Assembly: GCA_045604705.1 (NCBI GenBank)
Contig: JAZUOO010000066.1
Coordinates: 1,271-65,270 of the forward strand
Direction of reading: 5' to 3'
DNA from: Eubacteriales bacterium
GTDB taxonomy: Bacteria; Bacillota; Clostridia; Oscillospirales; CAG-382
DNA length: 64,000 nt
Below, one piece after another: positions 40,776 through 49,940 of this stretch (position 1 is the first letter of the stretch; every line of letters begins with the position of its first letter). Under the pieces are notes generated by a model. The model was not told the DNA's origin and ran no database searches. It saw nothing but the letters and a program-made list of their open reading frames with translations. The position numbers and the translations under genes were made by a program.

Positions 40776-42599
40776 ATGAAAAAATCATTCGGCAATTTAT
40801 TTTCTAAAAACAGACGTACAGTACATAATGTTTACAATTACTCGGATACATACTCCCGTGAAGATACTATTGCATCGCTTCTTTCAAAGGCTGCAGAGGC
40901 AAGACGAGGGATGAATGAGTATTGGAAGAAGATGAAGCTTTATTATGACGGCATTCATCCGACTTCCGGTTTTGCGGACGCTTTCGGAGTGGAGAATGAC
41001 CTACCGTTCAGATGTGCCCAGAGCAGTGACGGATATATTCATGTTGAAAGCCAGATAGACGCAGTACTTCCCGAATTTGAATTCTCGCCCAGGGGTAAGG
41101 AGGATGTCGAAAAGGCAAAACAGCGCGAAAAGCTTGTTCGTTACATATGCGACAGAAACGACATGGAGTATAAGAATTCAAGAAACGAAAGACGGCTGGG
41201 TATTCTCGGCTCTGCCGTTTGGAAGGTCTGTTGGGATAGTACAAAATATGAGGACGGCAATGTCGGTGATATACTTATAGATAATCCCCACCCCAATGAG
41301 ATATATCCCGATCCGAGTGCGAAGTGCGTTGATGACTGCGAGTATATCGGTTATGTTTATTCCATGCACCGCGAAAAGGCGAGGAGAGTTTTTGCAAAGG
41401 AGCTTGCCGCCAAAGGTATTGACTTTGATGAGCTCATATCCGCATTTGACAGAAAGGCGGGAAGATATGACGATGAGGTTGACGGGATATTATCTGCGGA
41501 CAGGGACAGTGACACTGTTAAGATCACCGAATGGTGGTTCAGACACCCCTGTGACGGTGAGGCTGATTTTGAATATTTTGAAGACGGAGAGAAAAAGAAA
41601 ATAAGGTGCAAATATAAATCCGGTGATATAGCTCTGTGCGTGCTTATCGGTGATACGGAGGTAAGATACATTCCGAAATACTGGAACGACACCGGTTGCA
41701 CCATGTTCCCCTTTGTTATCTATGACAGACTTCCCGACGAGAATACTCTTTGGGGAAAGAGCGAGCTTGAAGCGATAATTCCCTTTATTGATGCTGCGGA
41801 CAGAGAAATAGCCTATGCCCAGATGAATTCGGCATTTTCTTCAAACGATATAATAGTTGCGGAGGAGAACGCCCTTTGTGATGACTGCGAGCTTGATAAT
41901 TCACCCGGGGCACTCTGGAAGCTGCGTCCGGGAATGATGGGCAAGGTGCAGAGACTTGGCAACAACGCTTATTCTGAGAGCTATCTTCACGCAAATTACG
42001 ACAAGTGGAGAGTCCTTATGCAGGAAACTACGGGAAACTTCGCCATAAACCAGGGCAATGAGCCGGAAAAGGTTACGACAGCGACCGGTATAGCACTGCT
42101 TAATGAGAGGGCGAAAAACAGGACAACTCTGAAAAAGATAGACAAAAGTGCGGGATTCAGGAGACTTTACGAGCTCTGCGACAGGACTGCCCTTGAATAT
42201 TATGATGACGGAAGAACGATATTCTGCGGTGCAGCGGATGAGGATGACATGGTCTACAGAGCTTCTGACTATAGAACTTCCGAGGGAGAAAACACATACA
42301 TCCCATGTGTTGACATAAGAATCCACATCGGTGACGGACTTGCCCATTCAAAGGCATTCACCGTTTCTGCCGTAAATTCCCTGATTTCGACTCCCATTAC
42401 AGCGGAGAACTACAGAATCGTTAAGAGCTACCTTGAGCTTATAGAGCTTCCCATGAGACAGGAGATCTGCGATATGCTTGATGAGAGATTTGAGGGGGTA
42501 TCGGGAGGTGCTTTGATGTATCTTTCGGAGCTTATGAACGGTGACAAAGGGAACGAAACACCAAAAGGCAATACCGCAAAAACGGCGGATAAAATGTGA
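40776..42599 (+). CDS. Portal protein (putative)
   Basis: 607 aa, immediately after terL and before the scaffold. Size and position are typical of a portal. No motif-level confirmation is possible by eye. Confidence 0.7.
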   Translation: MKKSFGNLFSKNRRTVHNVYNYSDTYSREDTIASLLSKAAEARRGMNEYWKKMKLYYDGIHPTSGFADAFGVENDLPFRCAQSSDGYIHVESQIDAVLPEFEFSPRGKEDVEKAKQREKLVRYICDRNDMEYKNSRNERRLGILGSAVWKVCWDSTKYEDGNVGDILIDNPHPNEIYPDPSAKCVDDCEYIGYVYSMHREKARRVFAKELAAKGIDFDELISAFDRKAGRYDDEVDGILSADRDSDTVKITEWWFRHPCDGEADFEYFEDGEKKKIRCKYKSGDIALCVLIGDTEVRYIPKYWNDTGCTMFPFVIYDRLPDENTLWGKSELEAIIPFIDAADREIAYAQMNSAFSSNDIIVAEENALCDDCELDNSPGALWKLRPGMMGKVQRLGNNAYSESYLHANYDKWRVLMQETTGNFAINQGNEPEKVTTATGIALLNERAKNRTTLKKIDKSAGFRRLYELCDRTALEYYDDGRTIFCGAADEDDMVYRASDYRTSEGENTYIPCVDIRIHIGDGLAHSKAFTVSAVNSLISTPITAENYRIVKSYLELIELPMRQEICDMLDERFEGVSGGALMYLSELMNGDKGNETPKGNTAKTADKM

Positions 42600-42615
42600 A
42601 TGGGGAGAAGGATAA

Positions 42616-43350
42616 ATGGAAAAAAGCAGAAAAAAATATTTTACACAGCGCGAGCTTGAAAAGCACATAAATGCACGACTTAAGCGCGAGAGAAAGAAAA
42701 ACTCCGAGCTTGAGGTTTTCAAAAATATGACGGATGAGCTTGTGCGCGCGGGAATAATTGACGCAAACTCCTATGCGGAGGCGGCAGAAAGGCTAATGAA
42801 AATTATTGCCGAAAGAACCGCCGAAAATAAGGAGGACGAAACGGGGGAAACTACAGTAAATGAAGATGTCGTAACGGCAGAGTATCCCGCCGAAGATAAC
42901 GCCGAGGGTGATAAAAGCGAACAGGCTTACCAAGAAACCACTAACGGCGCAGATGACCTCTCCGGATTTCGCTTTGAAGCTGCAGGTGAAGAGGAACCGG
43001 AGATGGGGGTTTCGGGAGATGATCCCGTGACCGTACTTGAAACGGAGGAAAGTACCCAAAAAGGCGGTTCGGATACCTCAAGACTTGCCGAGCTGTGTCG
43101 CGAGCTTCTCGGTATCATTGAGGATACATCCGAATCGGATACGGCACATGAGACCGGATTCTTTGCAAGACGTGACGCTTGCTCTACGGGCTTTTCAAAA
43201 AGAAGTGCATTGGGCACGTCAGATGTATGTGAAGAACTTACTTTGCAGCAGAGAGAAATAGCGAGGCGTGCGGGATTATCCTATCGGGAGTATGCCAAGC
43301 TTCTTCATGAAATTCCCGAAAACAGAAGAAAAAGAAAACAGCTAAGGTGA
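42616..43350 (+). CDS. Capsid scaffolding protein (DUF4355/GP20-like)
   Basis: FTQRELEKHINARLKRERKK N-terminal motif, acidic low-complexity centre, basic C-terminus. Position between portal and capsid. Confidence 0.7.
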   Translation: MEKSRKKYFTQRELEKHINARLKRERKKNSELEVFKNMTDELVRAGIIDANSYAEAAERLMKIIAERTAENKEDETGETTVNEDVVTAEYPAEDNAEGDKSEQAYQETTNGADDLSGFRFEAAGEEEPEMGVSGDDPVTVLETEESTQKGGSDTSRLAELCRELLGIIEDTSESDTAHETGFFARRDACSTGFSKRSALGTSDVCEELTLQQREIARRAGLSYREYAKLLHEIPENRRKRKQLR

Positions 43351-43391
43351 TGACCTTAAATCTTTAGTTCTTAAAAGAAAGGAAAAACGAT

Positions 43392-44051
43392 ATGACACAT
43401 TTTAATTATATCTGCGGACTTTGCGGATGTAACAAACCTTATTGTGCAAAAATTAAGCTTTCAGAAAATGTTGATGTTGCCAAGGGCGAGCTGCTTTATT
43501 ATGATACGGAGACATTTACTGTAACCCCCAAAAAGGGAACTCTTACGACAATTGCGGGGGTGTGCGCAGAAACCTACAAGGCAGAGAAGAGTGATCTTGT
43601 TCCAACCTACGGTTGTGGCTATGTTTCGGTTATTCTGTCGGAGGATGCTCTTTATTCCGTAGAACCATATATTTTTACCACCACAGAAACAGACCCCGCT
43701 GTTGTACACATACATACGAACCTTCCCGCATCCAGTACAAAGGACCCCACGGGATTTATCGGTGCAAAGATCGTACTTATTGAAAAGGCAGAAAACTCCG
43801 CACATACAGGTTCTCTTGGAAGTGAATATGTGATAAAGGAAATGGGGTACGATAATGGTTTTATTACATTCGCTACAGACTATGACGGTGCTGTGACTAA
43901 AGGTGACAAGTACGTTCTTGTTCCACCCTATGACTTCAAACGTTTTATACTTGATGAAAAAAAGAACCTCAGTGTTAATATTGAAGGAACCGGTGATTTT
44001 ACAGTGGTTGCAGCGAATGCTTCTGGATATACTCTCATGCTCAAGTCTTGA
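43392..44051 (+). CDS. Hypothetical virion protein (possible head decoration protein)
   Basis: 219 aa, good RBS (AAAGGAAAAA), between scaffold and capsid. Two beta-rich halves with G-x-V patterns. Assignment is weak. Confidence 0.5.
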   Translation: MTHFNYICGLCGCNKPYCAKIKLSENVDVAKGELLYYDTETFTVTPKKGTLTTIAGVCAETYKAEKSDLVPTYGCGYVSVILSEDALYSVEPYIFTTTETDPAVVHIHTNLPASSTKDPTGFIGAKIVLIEKAENSAHTGSLGSEYVIKEMGYDNGFITFATDYDGAVTKGDKYVLVPPYDFKRFILDEKKNLSVNIEGTGDFTVVAANASGYTLMLKS

Positions 44052-44089
44052 TAAAAGAGTAAAAATGATTTTTGAAAGGAACTGATAAT

Positions 44090-45010
44090 ATGAACGATAT
44101 TTACACATGGCCCAATGACCTTTACCCACTTGTGAAAACAAGATTCGATTTAAGATATGCCAAAAGACTTGATGTCATTTCTGAAATTTGCGATGTTATT
44201 GAGCAGGACGAGATAGACTACAGACTTGAGGGTGTTGGCGGCTACGGCGAGCTTCCGGAATACAATGGCTCAAACATTATGAGCGCGGATCAAAAGAGAA
44301 GCTTTATTACCACTATAACTCCCCGTGAACACGCCCTTGCAGTGAGTCTTTCCTACAAGAAAGCAAAGGTAGACCTCTCCGGTGAGGCGGCGAAAATCGG
44401 AACAAGACTTGCTGACTCCGCATATATGACGGTACTAAACGAATTCTATCGTCTTTTCGGTGATGCTTACACAAGGATCGGTGCGGACGGGTGTACATGG
44501 GCAAGTGACAAGCATCCCGTTAATACTCTTCCGGGCTGTGATACATACTCAAACCTTATCCACGACAGTCTTAATGTTAATTCCATTATCAAGGCTCAGA
44601 CATTGGCTTCCCGTTTTGTTACGCCCGACGGACTTCCCTTTGCAGGTAACTTTGATCTTCTTCTTGTAAGTCCCGAGCTTGAGGCTAAGGCTAAGGAAAT
44701 TTGCGGTCCCAATTCCAAGCTTATGCCGGAAAAGAACCCGGATGCTGATGCTCCCGTGAATGCGGCAAATCCCGTTTACGGTATGAAGTACCTTGTTGTG
44801 GGTGCAGGAGGAATGGGCTTCTCCGGAAAACAGTGGGCAATTGCAGATTCCATGCTTCTTCGTGAGGTACTCAAGCTCGTGTATATTTCAAAGCCTACCG
44901 TACTTGTTGCAAACCAGGATAATCCTCTTATCACCGATTATATCGGATATGTTGACTTCGGTTTTGGTTTTGCGGATGGTCGTCCCATTATCTTCTCAAA
45001 TCCCGCCTGA
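44090..45010 (+). CDS. Major capsid protein candidate (HK97-fold expected)
   Basis: ATG 44090 after GAAAGGAA. 306 aa. Position after the scaffold, with a Gly/Tyr-rich pattern (LEGVGGYGELPEY) common in capsid families. Confidence 0.65.
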   Translation: MNDIYTWPNDLYPLVKTRFDLRYAKRLDVISEICDVIEQDEIDYRLEGVGGYGELPEYNGSNIMSADQKRSFITTITPREHALAVSLSYKKAKVDLSGEAAKIGTRLADSAYMTVLNEFYRLFGDAYTRIGADGCTWASDKHPVNTLPGCDTYSNLIHDSLNVNSIIKAQTLASRFVTPDGLPFAGNFDLLLVSPELEAKAKEICGPNSKLMPEKNPDADAPVNAANPVYGMKYLVVGAGGMGFSGKQWAIADSMLLREVLKLVYISKPTVLVANQDNPLITDYIGYVDFGFGFADGRPIIFSNPA

Positions 45011-45027
45011 GTTTGTGAGGTGACGGT

Positions 45028-45270
45028 ATGGAATTTTTGAAAGTTGTAAAAAATGAATCTATAAGAGTTTCCTCAAATATACACATCACACAGGAATATG
45101 ATAGCCACGGTTATAAGGCAAGATTCAAGGTTACGAACGGTACGGTAAATATTTACTGCGGAAGGACTGGGTTGTATCCTCTTGTAGAGGGAGAAGTCTT
45201 TGAGTTCGTCGGAAAGATAACATTTTTCGGTACTGGTGAGATACAGTGTATCCTTTTTGACAGAATTTAA
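45028..45270 (+). CDS. Small hypothetical protein
   Basis: 80 aa, RBS GAGGTGA, 17 nt after the capsid stop. Confidence 0.55.
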   Translation: MEFLKVVKNESIRVSSNIHITQEYDSHGYKARFKVTNGTVNIYCGRTGLYPLVEGEVFEFVGKITFFGTGEIQCILFDRI

Positions 45271-45410
45271 TGTACTTTTCTACTGAAAAGTCAAAGAATA
45301 AATAATAAATTATCCGCAAAAGGTGCGGGCGACGGGATCGGTATTACATGATGGTCATTTCCCGCACCGATGTTTCTTGTGATTTTGTGGATGAAAGTAA
45401 GGAGGTAAAA

Positions 45411-46385
45411 ATGTATTCCAAAGCTTATACCCTTGGTGAGTTCCGTGGCAGGATACTAAAGCTTCTTCAGCGTTACAGCTCAAACGGTACGATTGTCCAA
45501 AGCGGAGAAAAGGCGGATATTGAAAACCGTCTTGTTACAAGTCTCAACATACATCTCACAAGACTTATGTATGAGTTTTCAGACAATATCAAAAGACGTG
45601 CAGTTTCATTTTTTATGCCCGGATGTGCGGCTGATTTCGGTAGTATGAGCCTGTGTGCGGGCGAGAACGTTGAAAAAAACGTCAAAGGACAGGGGCTTGC
45701 CTTTTACATGGAAGCAAGAGGCGAGGGAACTGTTGAAATATCCCTTGACGGCAGAACTCTAACACGGAGAATCTACACCGATAACGGAGCATATACAGTT
45801 GTCAGAGGCATACTTGGAAACGACATGGAGTGCGAGTGTACTTTCAGAATATCCTGCGATACATATCTTGATATTAAGAATTTTACTGTATATGAGGGAA
45901 CACTGGATGCAAGGGGAGACGGGGAGCTTATATGTGCCAAAAGCCGTTCCTCTGCATATATTCCCGATGACTGTGCCGAAATACTTGCTGTATATGAGAG
46001 GAATGGAGCAAAGGATATAAATACGAATTTCAGTGTTCTTGAAGAAGAACGAATCGTTTTTGTACCCAGATGTGCGAATGACGAGTATATTATTGAGTAC
46101 GTGCCTTATGCACCGCAGTTTTCGGAAAGTGAGGGGGACAGCTCGCAGGTTTGTATATCGCCTCTTACGGCGGATGCACTCTGTTATATGTGTGCGGCGG
46201 ATCTGTGTCCCGTGAACCAGCCGGAGCTGTACTCAAAGCTTACATATAAATACAGGGAAATACTTGAAAATACCTATACAAGACACAGGAAGAACGGTAT
46301 GATAAACAGGTTCTACGGTTTTGTGAGAAAAAGAGGTATAGGTTCTGTCAAGAGTTCGCGACGTGAGGTGTACAATGTCACATAA
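45411..46385 (+). CDS. Hypothetical virion-associated protein (324 aa)
   Basis: ATG 45411 after AAGGAGG. Overlaps the next gene by 11 nt. Confidence 0.6.
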   Translation: MYSKAYTLGEFRGRILKLLQRYSSNGTIVQSGEKADIENRLVTSLNIHLTRLMYEFSDNIKRRAVSFFMPGCAADFGSMSLCAGENVEKNVKGQGLAFYMEARGEGTVEISLDGRTLTRRIYTDNGAYTVVRGILGNDMECECTFRISCDTYLDIKNFTVYEGTLDARGDGELICAKSRSSAYIPDDCAEILAVYERNGAKDINTNFSVLEEERIVFVPRCANDEYIIEYVPYAPQFSESEGDSSQVCISPLTADALCYMCAADLCPVNQPELYSKLTYKYREILENTYTRHRKNGMINRFYGFVRKRGIGSVKSSRREVYNVT

Positions 46386-48204
46386 GGATATTGGTATGCC
46401 GGAGAGCTTTAAAAGCAAAAGTCTGTTTCTCGATTGCGGGAGATTTGACAAGGGCGTTGTTTTCTGTGAGTACGACAGAGAGCTTTCCGAGGGACAAAGT
46501 CCTCTTATACAGAACATGATATATGATAAAAATATGCTCAGGACGAGGTTTGGACAGGAGAGCGTGAGTACGGCTGCTTCTCCAAAAGGGGAACTGCATT
46601 CTGCAAGCAGTGAGTTCTTTTTCGGAAATTATGTGTTTCATATAGGAACAGGGCTATATACCTTTGACGGAGAAAACTTGCGGGCCATTTACGATGAAGT
46701 TCCTGATTGTAAAAGCTTTATGTTTGTCATGAATTCCATGCTGTACGTTTTTTTTGAGGACATAAGAATATTTGTGGTGGATAAAGACTTCACGGTTTCG
46801 GAGAATGTCATTGCGGATACGAAGATAGGTCGTAATGCAAAGTATAATCTTTCCTCTTATACGGAACTTGAGGTTCCGGACAACATGATGCTTTTCAGGG
46901 TAAACGTGGATTACGTTGAGGTCAATGCGGGGACAAAACAGTATAATCTTCCAACCGAGTGCGACAGTAAGTATCCCGTTATTTTTACATCAATCCAGAA
47001 CGGTACAGTATCGCCTGTTAACTATACCGTTGATGGAAGCGTGGTCACACTTGACAGAGCACTGTACATACCTTACAATATAAGCTATGTTCCGGCGAAA
47101 GGTACCAAGTACAGAACCATTGACAAGATATTTGGTTGTACTGCGGTCTGTACCTACGGTGGAAACAGCTCGGGAGGAACAAGAGTGTTCTTTACCGGAA
47201 ACCCTGAATACCCGGGGTATTATTTCTACAGTGAACTTCTGTCTCCGCTTCACATAAAAAATCTATCCTATGATATTCTCGGTGACGGAAGGGAGGATAT
47301 TGTCTGTCTGGCAAAACAGAAAGGGGATCTTGTTGCTTTCGGGACAGCCTCTGTTTATAAACTGACATACTCCTTTGATGAGTATACGGGTCCAAACTTC
47401 ATTGTCTCGGAGATCAGTACCGGTGTAGGCTGTGACATTCCCGGAAGTGTAAAGCTTATTGACAACAGGCTGGTATTTGCAAATTCCCGTACGGGTGTAT
47501 ACATTATCACGGCATCGGAGTATACGGATGAGCTAAGCATTAGGAGAATCTCCGCCAATATCAACGGGAACTCGGGAAACGGGTTTCTGAATGAGGATGC
47601 TTCGACGCTCAAGAACTGTATTTCAGTGGATTTTGCAAGGCGGTATATGCTTGTTTGTCAAAACGGAAATGCGTATGTGTGGGATTACGGAAACTCGCCA
47701 TATGTCGTGGGGGACAACCCGCTTTCGTCGGAAAAGAGGCTTTCGTGGTACTTTTTTGACAGTATTTTTGTAAATACACTCTTTGAAATATCCGGGAAGC
47801 TTTTCGGAACGCGGAGTCTGGGAGACTCTGTGGACATTGTTCATTTTTCCGATGACTGCGATACGGATTTCGGGGCGAACATATTGTGTATGTACGGAAG
47901 CCGCAGCTTTGATGTGGGAGAGAGTTTTTCAAAAAAGACCGCCTCGGAGATGTATATTAATGCGGCAGGAAAACCCGGTACAAGTCTTATGATTTATCTT
48001 TTTGCCGACAATGTTCCGATACTGTTTGAAAATTATGTTTTTGACGGACGTGACGAGGACGGTGAATTTTTAAGACGCTTACTTTACAGAATACCCGAAT
48101 ATGAGGCGTACAGGTTTTCCTTTATGCTCATATGTACCGGGGGACAAACGGGACTTTACGATGCCGCTATGAGATTCAGTGCGGGCGGAATTTATTACAG
48201 ATAA
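46375..48204 (+). CDS. Hypothetical large virion-associated protein (609 aa)
   Basis: ATG 46375 overlaps the upstream stop. Beta-rich and aromatic/Gly-rich. No family recognised. Confidence 0.6.
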   Translation: MSHKDIGMPESFKSKSLFLDCGRFDKGVVFCEYDRELSEGQSPLIQNMIYDKNMLRTRFGQESVSTAASPKGELHSASSEFFFGNYVFHIGTGLYTFDGENLRAIYDEVPDCKSFMFVMNSMLYVFFEDIRIFVVDKDFTVSENVIADTKIGRNAKYNLSSYTELEVPDNMMLFRVNVDYVEVNAGTKQYNLPTECDSKYPVIFTSIQNGTVSPVNYTVDGSVVTLDRALYIPYNISYVPAKGTKYRTIDKIFGCTAVCTYGGNSSGGTRVFFTGNPEYPGYYFYSELLSPLHIKNLSYDILGDGREDIVCLAKQKGDLVAFGTASVYKLTYSFDEYTGPNFIVSEISTGVGCDIPGSVKLIDNRLVFANSRTGVYIITASEYTDELSIRRISANINGNSGNGFLNEDASTLKNCISVDFARRYMLVCQNGNAYVWDYGNSPYVVGDNPLSSEKRLSWYFFDSIFVNTLFEISGKLFGTRSLGDSVDIVHFSDDCDTDFGANILCMYGSRSFDVGESFSKKTASEMYINAAGKPGTSLMIYLFADNVPILFENYVFDGRDEDGEFLRRLLYRIPEYEAYRFSFMLICTGGQTGLYDAAMRFSAGGIYYR

Positions 48205-48221
48205 CGGAAAGGAAAATAAAT

Positions 48222-49307
48222 ATGTCATCTAAATGGAAATATGCAGATCTTGATGCGTCTCACAGGCTGGAGCTTTTGAAAAAAGGTAACAAGGAGCTGT
48301 TTGAAGAAGAGGTAGCAAGAACAAAAGAGGTAACCGAGGCAAGACGTGAGCTCGGACTTGACACATCGGCACAGGAAAATTGGATGGACACCGTAGGGTA
48401 CAATTACAACCTTTCATTGGCAGGTGACGGGGACAAGGTAAGCGAGACGGGCTATGCACAGCTTTATCTTGACGGCAAAAAACAGGATACACAGCCGTCG
48501 CCGGTGAAGATGCGCAAAGAAGGTATATCCACGGGGACATCGTACATTTCTAATGCAAACAAAAAGATAGAACAGGCACAGGAGCTTGCGAAAGAGAGCC
48601 TGAAAGACAGATACGAAATAAAAAAGCGGGAGATCCGCGATGAGCTGTATGAAAAATATCCTTATCTCAAGGAGCAGATAGTGAATGAGGGTGCGTCGCC
48701 TATGGGCGGGAAACTGCAGAGAGCTTACGATTCCATTGAAAAGGAGCTTGCGGATATTTATTCCGGGCTTGAACAGGAGCTTACACAGGAGCTTGCGGCA
48801 CTTGATAAGAAATATTCGGGTATCAAGAGTAAAGTCATGGAATACAGAAGAAACGGGACAGCACTTGAATCCCTCGGTGTCATTGCGGATGTACTTATAA
48901 GAAATGCCGCGGCTGAAGACGGATTTGATTCTTCCGTTATTCCCGGGATGGGCGGTAATATAACGGTAAGAAATATTCGTGACAAGGCGGGGGATAAGTC
49001 TGAAGCAACAAATACGGCAAAGGTTCCGAATTATAAAAAGGAATCGGGCATTGATGATGAATATGACGAATCTGAAGGCTCCGACGGCGGAATAAGTGTA
49101 AAGGAAGAGGTCGGCTCCGGGGATCCGCTAAAGTATGTGGCGGACTATCTTAAAAAGGCGGTTTCGGATCAATCGGGGGGAACTGCAAATGTGATACGTA
49201 CCTTGGGTGAAATGCTTGTAAGGAACGGAATGAATCCCCAATCGGCGGTACTGACGGCGGCAGAACTTGTGATGCTTATTGTTAAAAATGCTGCACAAGG
49301 GACATAA
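48222..49307 (+). CDS. Hypothetical coiled-coil-rich protein (361 aa)
   Basis: ATG 48222 after AAAGGAAAA. Glu/Lys/Leu heptad-like stretches. Last gene of the module. Confidence 0.6.
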   Translation: MSSKWKYADLDASHRLELLKKGNKELFEEEVARTKEVTEARRELGLDTSAQENWMDTVGYNYNLSLAGDGDKVSETGYAQLYLDGKKQDTQPSPVKMRKEGISTGTSYISNANKKIEQAQELAKESLKDRYEIKKREIRDELYEKYPYLKEQIVNEGASPMGGKLQRAYDSIEKELADIYSGLEQELTQELAALDKKYSGIKSKVMEYRRNGTALESLGVIADVLIRNAAAEDGFDSSVIPGMGGNITVRNIRDKAGDKSEATNTAKVPNYKKESGIDDEYDESEGSDGGISVKEEVGSGDPLKYVADYLKKAVSDQSGGTANVIRTLGEMLVRNGMNPQSAVLTAAELVMLIVKNAAQGT

Positions 49308-49673
49308 GCCTTGTAATATGTGGTTTTTTTGATACATATTGCTTTTGGTTTTTTTACAGTAAGTCCGAAGATCTCAGTCACTGCCTTTTGTGAATGCTTT
49401 GATACAACATTTTTCGGAATCGGAGATTAGAGGCGGTAAAAAAGTAAAGGATATTTTTTCCAAATTGTAAACTTCGGATTTGAGATCTTTGGATAAATTA
49501 ATAATTTATTTCATGTTTTGCGTTGAATGTGAATAAAATAAAAAAACGGGTTTTGACTTTGTTTATTTTCTTGTTTTCAGTCGAAACTGCGTTATCTTTG
49601 GACAACTTGATGTATTTGAGGGGAGTATCAAAAAAATAATTCATATTCTTTCGCTTTTTTTGTAAAAAAAGTA

Positions 49674-49702
49674 TTGACAAACTCTGCAAGATGTGGTATA
49701 AC
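49674..49702 (+). promoter_or_regulatory. Consensus-like sigma-A promoter for the small-peptide unit
   Basis: TTGACA (49674-49679), 17-nt spacer ending TGTGG, TATAAC (49697-49702). Confidence 0.55.
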
Positions 49703-49746
49703 ATTATTGTAAATTAAAAATAAACAAAATTTTAAGGAGGCGCGAG

Positions 49747-49860
49747 ATGTTGAAAAATAAAAAGGCTGTGATTTTTTCCTTTGTTTTTTCGGTACTTGTT
49801 ACTCTTGCGCTTTTTTATGCTGACAGCGTAATGGCAGTGTCGTGGGGACAGTTTTTTTAA
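49747..49860 (+). CDS. 37-aa hydrophobic peptide (signal-peptide-like precursor or small membrane peptide)
   Basis: AAGGAGG 6 nt before ATG. MLKNKKAVIFSFVFSVLVTLALFYADSVMAVSWGQFF, then TAA. Flanked by its own promoter and terminator. Below the ORF-track size cutoff. Confidence 0.45.
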   Translation: MLKNKKAVIFSFVFSVLVTLALFYADSVMAVSWGQFF

Positions 49861-49890
49861 GTCCACGGTGCTGCGGAAATAAAATAGATT

Positions 49891-49919
49891 GGGCTCCTTG
49901 GAAACGGGGAGTCTTTTTT
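49891..49919 (+). terminator. Intrinsic terminator of the small-peptide unit
   Basis: GGGCTCCTTG-GAAA-CGGGGAGTCT: a 10-bp stem (four G-U pairs) with a GNRA loop, then TTTTTG. Confidence 0.5.
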
Positions 49920-49940
49920 GATGCTGAGTGAATTTGAATG

